Source of the DNA: a virus | DNA: 64,000 nucleotides | Virus record (IMG/VR): IMGVR_UViG_3300028030_000009 | Span: 1-64,000 of that record | Direction: 5' to 3' (one strand) | Shown here: positions 9,131 to 17,668 of the stretch, in pieces | Layout: each line of letters opens with the position of its first letter | How positions within the stretch are numbered: the stretch's first letter is position 1 | Position numbers and translations under genes: made by a program | The notes under the pieces: model-generated | The model's input: only the letters and a program-made list of their open reading frames with translations | What the model was told of the DNA's origin: nothing | Database searches by the model: none

Positions 9131-9966
9131 TATTCTTTCTCCTCTTCTTTCTCTTCTGGTTGCTCATCTTCTTCCTCTTTGTGCTCAAGTGCTATATATT
9201 CTCCCAAATCTTCAACGCTGTTTGCTGGAACCTCTATGATTTCCTCATGAGCAGGGTCAAAGACCGGAACATCAACATCATTAGAAATTGCCCCCTGCTT
9301 AGATATCTCCTCAATGACAGACACAAGTCTTTGGATGTCATTTTTGGCGCTATCTGCAGACTTAGGAACAGATTTATCGATTGTTGTAATTATAGCATTG
9401 TTGGCGTTCATTCTATTAGAGAACGTCTCGTAGTCGCCTGTTCGTCTAAGCATCTTATAGTCATACATAGCACGCTTTGCTGCGAACCGTCTGTATGCGT
9501 TGTCATCATATCCGTTTGTGTCTATATTGAAGTTGTCAAGCACAACATCTGGGCCGCCGATATGAGCTTCTTCCAGCATCTTCCCGAATTCATACTCTTC
9601 AGAGCCTATTGGGTTGTTTCGCTGCAACTCAATATAGAATGCGGTCTTCCCAAGTTCTCCCATAAGCCTACTGGTATCGAAAAACAGCTCTTTGTAAACA
9701 GAAATAAGCTCTTTATCGAGACCAGTTGCCATATGTATGTATTCTATTGCGTCAACGCCAGGCTTATCGGTAATCAGCATCAGCTTGAAGAATCTTGAGA
9801 ACACAGGGTTCTGCTCTATCTCAAGCAACTTCTTTGCATCATCCGATACCGATTCTATTTTCCCCTGGAGGTATGAGCTTATCTCAAGAGCCAGGTCGAA
9901 CGCCTTGTCCGACTCTGGTTCCCATGACAAAGAAAATTCCTCATTGAAAATCGTCAGCCTGTGCAT
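9130..9966 (-). CDS. hypothetical protein (head cluster)
   Basis: 278 aa, acidic tail, coupled to the portal candidate. Confidence 0.7.
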   Translation of the reverse strand: MHRLTIFNEEFSLSWEPESDKAFDLALEISSYLQGKIESVSDDAKKLLEIEQNPVFSRFFKLMLITDKPGVDAIEYIHMATGLDKELISVYKELFFDTSRLMGELGKTAFYIELQRNNPIGSEEYEFGKMLEEAHIGGPDVVLDNFNIDTNGYDDNAYRRFAAKRAMYDYKMLRRTGDYETFSNRMNANNAIITTIDKSVPKSADSAKNDIQRLVSVIEEISKQGAISNDVDVPVFDPAHEEIIEVPANSVEDLGEYIALEHKEEEDEQPEEKEEEKE

Positions 9967-9976
9967 TTATGTCCTA

Positions 9977-12403
9977 TCAGTCGATAACTGCTACGTCAAC
10001 AGCAAAGTCTGTCAGTCTATTAAGAAGAGTCTTTCCTTTCGCAAGGAACTGTGCAATCTTCTTGTCCCCGACTTGCTCCGAGAACTTGTTTCTTTGAATC
10101 TCAATCATAAGCAGTGTTCTCGCAAGTCCATTGACGCCGGTAAGAATGTCGTCAATATACTTCATCGCAATGCTCCTCGTATCGTCAGTGTCTACGAGAT
10201 ACGAGATAATTGCGGCTGTCAAGACATCCTTATCGGCAATCTGAGACAGCTGCGCAAGAACATTAGGGTCAACATTCAGATTGTACCCCTCGCCTGCAAG
10301 ATTGGCTGCCTCTTCTTGTTGGGCCACAATATCACCATTCTGGGCACCGATTCCAGTGTCCGTTCCATCATTCTGCGGCGAAGCTGCAGTAGCATCACCA
10401 GCAGGAACTCCCGCATCTTGCTCTGCTGGCGCTTGTTGTTGAGCAGCAGCCTGGCCCTGTGCCTGTTGTAGTTGCGCTATCTCCGCTTGTAGTTGCTGAA
10501 GGATTTGGGCAGGAGCCATTCCTTGTGCTTGCCCGGCTGCGAGTACATCTGCTCCGTTGATGCCCACTGAAGCAGCCAGTTGGTTAATCTGGTCAATGAT
10601 TGCTTGGTCATCTCCCTGAGCTCCTTGAGTAGTGGCTTCAGGCTGACCTCCTTCTCCCACCACTCCTTGTCCTCCTGCAGCCGATACCATCCCAGCTCGT
10701 CCGCTCTCAGTTTCTCCTTCTTCAGGTGCAGTCCCCGCATCTTGTCCTCCTTGTATCCGTAACATAGCAGCACGCAGGTCAGCAAGTGCAATCTTGTTCT
10801 CTGCAAGCTGCGCAAGTATTGCACGAAGTGTATCACTCAGAACTTTAAAATCCACTGGGAAGCCAGCTGAGTCTTCTGCTGTCTTGATGATTTTAGACAC
10901 ATCCTCTCCATTGAACCCGTCTTCTGCAAGCTTCTTAAGAATCTGTTCTCTTGTGAATCTTGCTCCATCGTACTCAAACATACCAGCTGAATACCTAACG
11001 TCAAATGAAGCAGTCTTGATGAAAGTCTCATCAAAACCGTCAAGAGTCATCAGCTCAGAGAATGGGTCAATATCATTTGTATGTTCTTTTTTGGCTGACG
11101 ACAATGCAAATGCGTTTCCTTTACCGAGGAATAGAACATGGTTTGGGTTGACGTAAATCTCTTTACCTCTTCTCGTATACCCATAATCCTCTCCAACAAT
11201 AATCTGACGATTGTCATCGTCGCCGTACACTTCTACGACAAGTTTATTCCCGACTTTCGTAACTGCAACAATCTCATAAAACTCAATGTCGTTTTTGGAT
11301 GCGGTAACAAACAGGTATCTTGCCTTTTTCGGGTCAACCTCGCCACCAAAGATTGCAGCGATGTGTGCACGTGGGTCATCGTTAACAGCAGCGGCTTCAA
11401 GTCCAACATATGGAGGTCTTTCTGGATTCGGGTTATACCACGCTTCTTTTCTGCCTGCGTGTTGAGCGATGTCATGCACAATCTTGCTTCTTCCTTTGTA
11501 GAACATCACATTCTGGGTAGAGCCACCTTTTGTAGCAACGACAACAGGTCTAAGGTCAAGGTCACGAGTAAGCGCGTTGTAAATTCCGGGCTCCGTGAGA
11601 ATCTCAAGGTTTGACTTGGCCTTCATTAGCATTTCGCCAAGAAGAGGAACCTGCATAACGACACGCTTTGTCTTTATTTTTTCCGCATCCTTAGCTGCGT
11701 GCTTGTAGAACCCATTGGTTGCAATTTGCTTTGCCGCATCAGTCCTGACACTCTCAGGAAGCTCTTTCAGCTCGGCAATCTTCGTATACACTTTGCCGTC
11801 ATGCTTCTCTCTTGTCGCTGTCGCAATCTTATGCATGGTGACAGTCTGCTTTGCCTTCTTGAACAACTCATCTGGATAGTTGCTGTGCAGCACCTCTCCC
11901 ATCTCACTGTCATTTGCAAGCTTGACAAACTGCTCAGCGAAAGCAGGGTTTTCAACAAGAGCGCTGATTACAGTATAGTTGTCCTCTGCCACCTTTGGCG
12001 AAAGAGTTTGTGGCGTTGCAAACAGTCTACCGATGATTCCCTGGTCAACCGTGATTCTGTCTGCCTCTGCCTTATCGACTACTTCTCCAAAGCTTGCAAC
12101 CTTCGATGCATTGATTAGCTTCTTGTACATCTTTTTTGTCATACCGTATAGACGCTCTGTATCTGTGTCTCCAATATAGGAGATTGCGTCTACCGCACCA
12201 TTTCTGTAGATGATTGGACAGAACAGAACTCTTCCATTGATGACGAAGTAGATGGCGCCGACAGCATATGACAGGTCATCTTCTACATGGTCAACGTCAA
12301 CCTTTACGATTTTAGGCAGCAGTTCGTGATAGTTGCTTGCAATTTGCTTTGTTGCCTCATCAACAATAAGGTCTGTGAGCTTTTTTAGTACTTGTGATTT
12401 CAT
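9977..12403 (-). CDS. large head-associated protein with many K-x-A motifs and a Gln/Ala-rich linker
   Basis: 808 aa; SKVAS, PKVAE, VKLAN, HKIAT, YKHAA, IKTAS, IKTAE. Confidence 0.7.
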   Translation of the reverse strand: MKSQVLKKLTDLIVDEATKQIASNYHELLPKIVKVDVDHVEDDLSYAVGAIYFVINGRVLFCPIIYRNGAVDAISYIGDTDTERLYGMTKKMYKKLINASKVASFGEVVDKAEADRITVDQGIIGRLFATPQTLSPKVAEDNYTVISALVENPAFAEQFVKLANDSEMGEVLHSNYPDELFKKAKQTVTMHKIATATREKHDGKVYTKIAELKELPESVRTDAAKQIATNGFYKHAAKDAEKIKTKRVVMQVPLLGEMLMKAKSNLEILTEPGIYNALTRDLDLRPVVVATKGGSTQNVMFYKGRSKIVHDIAQHAGRKEAWYNPNPERPPYVGLEAAAVNDDPRAHIAAIFGGEVDPKKARYLFVTASKNDIEFYEIVAVTKVGNKLVVEVYGDDDNRQIIVGEDYGYTRRGKEIYVNPNHVLFLGKGNAFALSSAKKEHTNDIDPFSELMTLDGFDETFIKTASFDVRYSAGMFEYDGARFTREQILKKLAEDGFNGEDVSKIIKTAEDSAGFPVDFKVLSDTLRAILAQLAENKIALADLRAAMLRIQGGQDAGTAPEEGETESGRAGMVSAAGGQGVVGEGGQPEATTQGAQGDDQAIIDQINQLAASVGINGADVLAAGQAQGMAPAQILQQLQAEIAQLQQAQGQAAAQQQAPAEQDAGVPAGDATAASPQNDGTDTGIGAQNGDIVAQQEEAANLAGEGYNLNVDPNVLAQLSQIADKDVLTAAIISYLVDTDDTRSIAMKYIDDILTGVNGLARTLLMIEIQRNKFSEQVGDKKIAQFLAKGKTLLNRLTDFAVDVAVID

Positions 12404-12648
12404 TACGCACCTCGTAGTTTGTCTTTAATGAAAAGCAGATTTCTATCTGCACCATACGACAGGCCAGTTGATTTACGCACCGACTTGTTTACCTTCTTGA
12501 TGTTCTTTGCAGCAAGCACACGAGATGGTGTGATTTTCCCACCATCTTTAGCGATTTCACTATTGATTCGTCTAGTGATTCTTGCTGAGTCGCTATATTT
12601 CCCAGACATCAGTCTCTTTACGACTTCTTTTTCCCATCTTGCAGACAT
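12403..12648 (-). CDS. small basic protein
   Basis: 81 aa, Lys/Arg-rich, overlapping stop/start with neighbours. Confidence 0.65.
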   Translation of the reverse strand: MSARWEKEVVKRLMSGKYSDSARITRRINSEIAKDGGKITPSRVLAAKNIKKVNKSVRKSTGLSYGADRNLLFIKDKLRGA

Positions 12649-13691
12649 CAGAATACCCTTTTTGTCAGGAAATGCTTTGGACCAAGTCCTGCAGCTAGGA
12701 TTCGAAGGGGCTTGAGCATGCTGTTGCCGCCCTCAATGAATTGCTTCTTCCAAATATCATTCGCTTTTCTCTTTGCGATTGTCTTCCGCATATTTTGTGT
12801 TGCTTTGTCAACAGAAGTTATTCTCCCACTTGACGACTTGAATGTTGTGCCGGTACTCTTTCTTATGCTCTTTTTTGGCTCAGTCATTGTCCTGGCATCG
12901 ATTGGGCCATTAAGATAGGCTGCTCCGCTTACTGCAATCTTTTCTTCGGCAGTCCTCTCGCTCAGGTCTCCGTAACCAAGTCTTCTTTTTAAGTATGCTT
13001 TCTGCAGTCTCTCCGGTGTAGGTCTAAGGATAGCTCTCTCGATTGCTCCTCCTGCATAGCCTGCTCCTCCTCCATACACCAATCCAGAGCCTGCGTTCCA
13101 TAGAGCTTTAATGGCTTTTTTCTTCGGAGTTCCTTTTGCGTTTGCATACCCATAAGCAAGGGCAGCGATTGCGCCAGCCTTGGCTCCGTCTTTCGCTCTC
13201 TTCTTTGCATTCCCTGCGATTGTCATCTCTTCCTGAGCCTTTCTTAGTGACTCTTCCGAAGACTCTCCTCCTGCGTCCTTCTCAAGGTCGGCTTTCAACC
13301 TCGCAGAAAACAGCGATGCATAACTCTCGTCCTCAGCCGTCTTCAGTAATGTTCTTCGGTGCTCACCGAAGCGCAACCCAGCTGAAATGTTTGCTGCTGT
13401 TCCAAGTATGTCCTTTTTCTTGATGCTACGACCTGCTTTTCTTCCAAAATCTTTTTTTCTGACAGAGTCTCTGAGATATTGGTACTTCTTGATAGCCTCT
13501 GGGCTCCTCTCTCCACTTTTTATCAGCCTTTCAAGCGCTGCTCTCATCTTGTCCGGTGACACTCCGGCTGTTTTGTCCGCGTCCTGTGTTTGTTCTCTCT
13601 GAATACCGTTGTCGTCAGCTAAGGCTTGTGCCATTTTTGAAATGAGCTCTTCGCTGCCAGTAATCTTCGAGAAGTCAAATGTTTTATTCAT
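12648..13691 (-). CDS. basic modular protein, putative internal head protein
   Basis: 347 aa; acidic linkers ending in K-x-A separate basic and Gly/Ala modules. Confidence 0.7.
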   Translation of the reverse strand: MNKTFDFSKITGSEELISKMAQALADDNGIQREQTQDADKTAGVSPDKMRAALERLIKSGERSPEAIKKYQYLRDSVRKKDFGRKAGRSIKKKDILGTAANISAGLRFGEHRRTLLKTAEDESYASLFSARLKADLEKDAGGESSEESLRKAQEEMTIAGNAKKRAKDGAKAGAIAALAYGYANAKGTPKKKAIKALWNAGSGLVYGGGAGYAGGAIERAILRPTPERLQKAYLKRRLGYGDLSERTAEEKIAVSGAAYLNGPIDARTMTEPKKSIRKSTGTTFKSSSGRITSVDKATQNMRKTIAKRKANDIWKKQFIEGGNSMLKPLRILAAGLGPKHFLTKRVF

Positions 13692-13751
13692 TCTCTAATC
13701 CTTGCGCAAGTTTTATGAAAGTGTAGTATATTGGCCAATACACTTGATGGT

Positions 13752-13760
13752 ATTATAACA
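13752..13760 (-). promoter_or_regulatory. extended -10 promoter (TGTTATAAT) for the virion block
   Basis: TGnTATAAT 61 bp upstream of the 13691 start. Confidence 0.6.
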
Positions 13761-13777
13761 AAGAAGGGTTATTTTTC

Positions 13778-14059
13778 TTACGGAAGATTGAAGTGTGCTG
13801 GAGACATGTATTCTGTTCCCGGCTCTTCAAATAGGACAAGTTCGCCGCCAGGGAGGACAATTCCTGTTATATCCAAGTGTGTGACCCCGGTTGTCTCTAT
13901 CCTATTAAGTTCACTTATTGCAAGCCTTATGAACTCTGGTGAGTTCTGGTACATTCTGTCAACATGGATTGGTGGTGTCACAGCATATGGAGCATTTTTA
14001 TCGTTGACTATTGTCAGGAAGATGAGCGGAGTTGGATATTGTGATGTTGTACCAGTCAT
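13778..14059 (-). CDS. hypothetical protein
   Basis: start re-assigned to MTGTTSQ, with ATGA overlap with the upstream small ORF. Confidence 0.6.
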   Translation of the reverse strand: MTGTTSQYPTPLIFLTIVNDKNAPYAVTPPIHVDRMYQNSPEFIRLAISELNRIETTGVTHLDITGIVLPGGELVLFEEPGTEYMSPAHFNLP

Positions 14060-14160
14060 AGTCCAGCACCACACGACATGCAAACAACTGTAGTGGCAAA
14101 TGCCATCACAGCCACACCTATGAGTATGTACGCTACTAGCATTGGGTCATCAGTAAACAA
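14056..14160 (-). CDS. small membrane peptide (34 aa)
   Basis: GGAGG RBS, TTG start, hydrophobic LVAYILIGVAVMAFATTVV; TATAAT upstream. Confidence 0.45.
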   Translation of the reverse strand: MFTDDPMLVAYILIGVAVMAFATTVVCMSCGAGL

Positions 14161-14271
14161 GATTGCACCTCCGGCAAAGCGTTTTTGGTATTATACAACA
14201 CAAAGGTGAAGGCTTATTTTTTTACACTCTTTTGGATATAATTCGAATGAATATGCACACAAGGCGCAAAG

Positions 14272-14523
14272 ATGTCAAAAAAAACCATCAAAAAGAAAAA
14301 AAGCATTAAAAAGTGTGGGCTCGTTGTCACTGATTTAGATAGAGACATTGCCTCTGTTTCACCAGATAGCGCCCAGGTTATTGACAAGGTCAGCGCTACT
14401 TGGAACGACATTCAGAAGAAGAAAATGAGCAGGACACAAAGGTATTTAACCTATGTCAAGAGACCGAAGAGGCCAACATCCAGGATTGGACTACCAAAGA
14501 CACCAAGAGTAAAAAAGATTTAA
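14272..14523 (+). CDS. small basic protein
   Basis: 83 aa; TATAAT at 14237-14242 and AAGG RBS. Confidence 0.6.
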   Translation: MSKKTIKKKKSIKKCGLVVTDLDRDIASVSPDSAQVIDKVSATWNDIQKKKMSRTQRYLTYVKRPKRPTSRIGLPKTPRVKKI

Positions 14524-14526
14524 CAC

Positions 14527-14694
14527 ATGACACTATCAGAAAGCGCATACATCCCGATACTGATTTTTTTTGTGCTGATTTCGGCAGGGGTATCAATAGT
14601 AACTGCAGTAATCGGTGTCACAATATACGTAGCCTACTACCTAAAAAAAAGAGTCGCAGCCAGAAGCGACAGCAGCGACGCAGCTGGACAATAA
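14527..14694 (+). CDS. small single-pass membrane protein (55 aa; not in ORF track)
   Basis: MTLSESAYIPILIFFVLISAGVSIVTAVIGVTIYVAYYLKKR...; TM helix followed by KKR. Confidence 0.55.
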   Translation: MTLSESAYIPILIFFVLISAGVSIVTAVIGVTIYVAYYLKKRVAARSDSSDAAGQ

Positions 14695-14998
14695 CTACCA
14701 CTCCACTACACCATCAATATAGACAACAAAACATCGTGAATCCATGATTGCTTGACAATCAAATGGATATCGGTGTACAATGACATTGCTACTTTTTATG
14801 TCAGGGCCTCACTGCCCTGTCTCTTCTTTTTTACTCCAAAAGAAAGAACTCGCTCCAACATAATTGCAGTCGCAATAATAACTTGTTGGGGCTTTCTGTC
14901 TCACCCCAATCAAACTTGCTTTTTAATGCTGTACATCTTTATGCTAATCAAAGCAAAATACTGTACAATACGGTATTCTTAGCAAAAAGGAGTGGCTT

Positions 14999-15880
14999 AT
15001 GAGGATACCTGTGTTTTCAACTGGGGATATAACAATCGGCTCAATTGACAAAGAGTGGCTGAAGAATAACAACCCACTCATAAAATCATCTACAGGGGAA
15101 AGTGGAGCTCGAATTCCAGCTGTCGCTGTTGCGTATAAGCCTGATATCTTATATGATGACGGGGAAATAATTGTTCCAGGTGATTCGTTCTTCTTGATGT
15201 ACAGGTTTGACTTGTCGCATTTTAGGGGCGAGAAGGTGCCAATCGAAATTATCCCATATGAGCGTGATTCTGATATGGCATGGGTTCTTGTCGAGTATAC
15301 AAGATGCTTCAAGCATAGGGACAAGGTGCTCTCTGAAATTTTTGACGAAATCGTAGGCTCAAGACCGTTGTTTCTTAGTGAGTACAGGCGTGTTCGCATA
15401 GAAGAGCTTGTAAACACTATGTGGTCAGACACAGAGTCACCATTGTTTAGGAAAATCAGCCTCACTCCCGGAGACGACGGAGAAATAACATGGTCTGGAG
15501 CACACAACTCACTAAGAAAACATCTGTTCTTTGATGCGGCATCCCCGTTCGTGGAAAGATTCACATTTGAGCAGCAGGCCAAAATCCTTATCTCATCTCT
15601 TACTGTCGCCAAAAGCATTAGTGGCTTCAAGGATGTACTCTGTGCACAGCTTGGGTTTGATGCAGTCATGATTGCAATTGAAGCTGCTCTGCAAAAGGTT
15701 CGTGATGTTATGTACTTTGACGAAATATACAACTACACCAAAGAGAGTATTCTTGTTCTTGGGGAAATCGACTGGAAAGAGAAGGACAGGTATAGAGGAG
15801 TATCTGGAAGGTCTACTCTATTTGAAGACATTCGGGAACATAGCGATAGATTTCACGACAAGCACTCTTCACATTCTTGA
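14999..15880 (+). CDS. hypothetical protein
   Basis: 293 aa, AAGGAG RBS. Confidence 0.75.
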   Translation: MRIPVFSTGDITIGSIDKEWLKNNNPLIKSSTGESGARIPAVAVAYKPDILYDDGEIIVPGDSFFLMYRFDLSHFRGEKVPIEIIPYERDSDMAWVLVEYTRCFKHRDKVLSEIFDEIVGSRPLFLSEYRRVRIEELVNTMWSDTESPLFRKISLTPGDDGEITWSGAHNSLRKHLFFDAASPFVERFTFEQQAKILISSLTVAKSISGFKDVLCAQLGFDAVMIAIEAALQKVRDVMYFDEIYNYTKESILVLGEIDWKEKDRYRGVSGRSTLFEDIREHSDRFHDKHSSHS

Positions 15881-15888
15881 AATAATAG

Positions 15889-15897
15889 TGCTATAAT
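15889..15897 (+). promoter_or_regulatory. extended -10 promoter (TGCTATAAT) facing the non-coding region
   Basis: exact TGnTATAAT with no credible ORF downstream for ~890 bp. Confidence 0.6.
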
Positions 15898-15903
15898 ACT
15901 CCC

Positions 15904-16100
15904 AAGGATGGTGGACGCCCACTAGTGTTCCTATCCCAGCCACTACTCCAATGGCGGTTGAGCTGAAACCTTGACTTATAGCCTATCGGCTAGGTTAAGG
16001 TTCGGTTCAGCCGCTACGGAAAAGCGCCGCCCACCGCTTAGAAAGTGGCTATCGTAGGGGGTTTGCGTGTTGTACGACCACACCCAAAAACCCCCAAAAC
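15904..16100 (+). ncRNA. candidate structured non-coding RNA
   Basis: ~28 bp hairpin 15952-16016 with six G:U pairs, closing stem AGCCACT/AGTGGCT, side hairpin AAGCG/CGCTT, 3' GGGGGTTT/AAACCCCC stem; boundaries approximate. Confidence 0.55.
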
Positions 16101-16242
16101 CCCAAAACAAAACAACAACACTTCTTCTCAATACTACTATTCCTTTCCTATCTATACTCACTATATGATTCTTTGGCTGTTAGTACTCCTTTAATGGGGT
16201 TTGGTTTGCTTTGTATGTATATGGGTTGGGGTGGCTCCATAT

Positions 16243-16455
16243 GTCCAGAACACTTAGGCCAGAGCACCTATGTTATACGGAACACCAAAAATCGTACTAC
16301 AACCCGTAGTAAGCGTTTTTTTAGCAAAAATGAGTTTTCTACACCTTGGTGTCAAAAATATGTGTGGGCTTTTGTTGGTTATGCTCTGCTATGTTATACC
16401 TCTATACCTATTTTGGTCCGGAGCACCTGTCTTTTTCCCTATGATAGGGCACATT
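16243..16455 (+). repeat. dispersed ~13 bp repeat GTCCRGARCACYT
   Basis: GTCCAGAACACTT 16243, GGCCAGAGCACCT 16257, GTCCGGAGCACCT 16416; weaker copies at 16275 and 16443. Confidence 0.55.
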
Positions 16456-16770
16456 GGGCTTTTCTACCAATCAATTCTCGCTTAGTGTTTGCAAGAAACA
16501 ATACAGTACTACGGGTTGTAGAAAGTACTTGCGTATTGTTTTTTCTACGGGTTGTAGAACGCTTCTCTTGACAACCTTTTCTACGGGTTGTAGAAAATAC
16601 ATACAATCCTATCTGCTCTCTTGCAGCAAAGGTGATATCTCAACTTTTTACTACGGGTTGTAGAAAACAAAAATCATACTATTGTCTACGGGGTGTAGTA
16701 ATGGTATAATTGCAATACTGACTACGGGGTGTAGAAAGCTAGCTTTTAAATACTTTACTACGGGTCGTAG
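16297..16770 (+). repeat. CTAC-N5-GTAG repeat array (7 direct copies, 35-36 bp period) plus one inverted copy
   Basis: direct copies start at 16509, 16545, 16581, 16651, 16686, 16722, 16758; inverted CTACAACCCGTAG at 16297. Confidence 0.9.
16682..16710 (+). promoter_or_regulatory. sigma70-type promoter TTGTCT-17-TATAAT (extended -10) overlapped by a repeat
   Basis: -35 at 16682-16687, TGGTATAAT at 16702-16710; repeat 16686-16698 lies mostly between them. Confidence 0.65.
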
Positions 16771-16790
16771 AAAAAAATAAGGATTGAAAA

Positions 16791-17027
16791 ATGGAAGCTC
16801 TTGTTGATGTAGATGGTAGAGAGATAAACGTTGGAGACATTGTAGAGGAAGATGGGCATCTCTTTGAGATAGTGTGGCACAATGGAGAGTACATGGCTAA
16901 GTACTTCTATCCTGATGAGAGTAGAATCGGGAGCCTTGCTGATGTAACTTCAGAAGGTATCTGGCATAATTATGGATTGAAGGTTGTATCTTCCTGCAAC
17001 GAAAACATCGATAGGATTCTCAAATGA
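16791..17027 (+). CDS. YopX-like protein
   Basis: LVDVDGREINVGDIV...EIVW resembles the YopX DxxGxEIxxGDIV motif. Confidence 0.65.
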   Translation: MEALVDVDGREINVGDIVEEDGHLFEIVWHNGEYMAKYFYPDESRIGSLADVTSEGIWHNYGLKVVSSCNENIDRILK

Positions 17028-17668
17028 CATTCTCAGAGTTGAAGAGGAAAGCATATAATGAGGGCATGACTCTTGTTCCGTTGTATATACTTGTTGAAGA
17101 TTGGGGCGGGAGGCTATTCGGGAAAGAGCGGCTGTACAGAAAGAAGGATTTGATTGAAGGACCAATCCGTGTTCTGTCTTCCGATGAGATACGGTACAAC
17201 TTTGCTTTCCCGAACCCATTGATTGAGCCAGCTACAGTTAAGTACTCACCTACTATTCTCAAAAGACAGATTCTTACATCACGCTGCATCATCTTTCCAG
17301 GAAGAAAGACGTTCAATGGTGTTGCTTGGTATGCGCAGACTGACAGGAAGATTACAGTTCCACCATTCCACTCTTTTGTTGTTGACCCGAAAGGAGTTGA
17401 GCGCTCTGTGAGACTAATGCTTTGGTTTAACAGGAGAGATGTCATTGATGCAATCAATACAGAAATGCCGAAGAATGGAATGACAATATCTTTTATGAGA
17501 GAGCTGCCTGTGCCAGTAAATGAAACACCGAACGATGTGGTCGAAGAGTTTGTGGATTTAAACAACAAGAGGATGCAGCTTCTCTCTGGTGTTGAGATGA
17601 CATCGTCTAACATAAGAAAGCTTATTGAAAGATACGACAGGGCTGGGGAGGGGAATGCCCCAGCCTGA
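17024..17668 (+). CDS. hypothetical protein
   Basis: 214 aa, ATGA overlap with the upstream gene. Confidence 0.75.
   Translation: MTFSELKRKAYNEGMTLVPLYILVEDWGGRLFGKERLYRKKDLIEGPIRVLSSDEIRYNFAFPNPLIEPATVKYSPTILKRQILTSRCIIFPGRKTFNGVAWYAQTDRKITVPPFHSFVVDPKGVERSVRLMLWFNRRDVIDAINTEMPKNGMTISFMRELPVPVNETPNDVVEEFVDLNNKRMQLLSGVEMTSSNIRKLIERYDRAGEGNAPA

Noticed and set aside
16173-16663. ORFs over the repeat region
   Set aside because: The translation merely reflects the DNA repeats (STGCR/LRVVE); no RBS and atypical composition
16509-16770. CRISPR array
   Set aside because: The repeat is only 13 bp, spacers are 22-23 nt and contain a promoter, and no cas genes are recognisable in the window
16509-16770. 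TIGR-Tas array
   Set aside because: The unit length of 36 fits, but there is no second conserved repeat or box C/D-like motif within the units and no recognisable Nop-domain protein nearby
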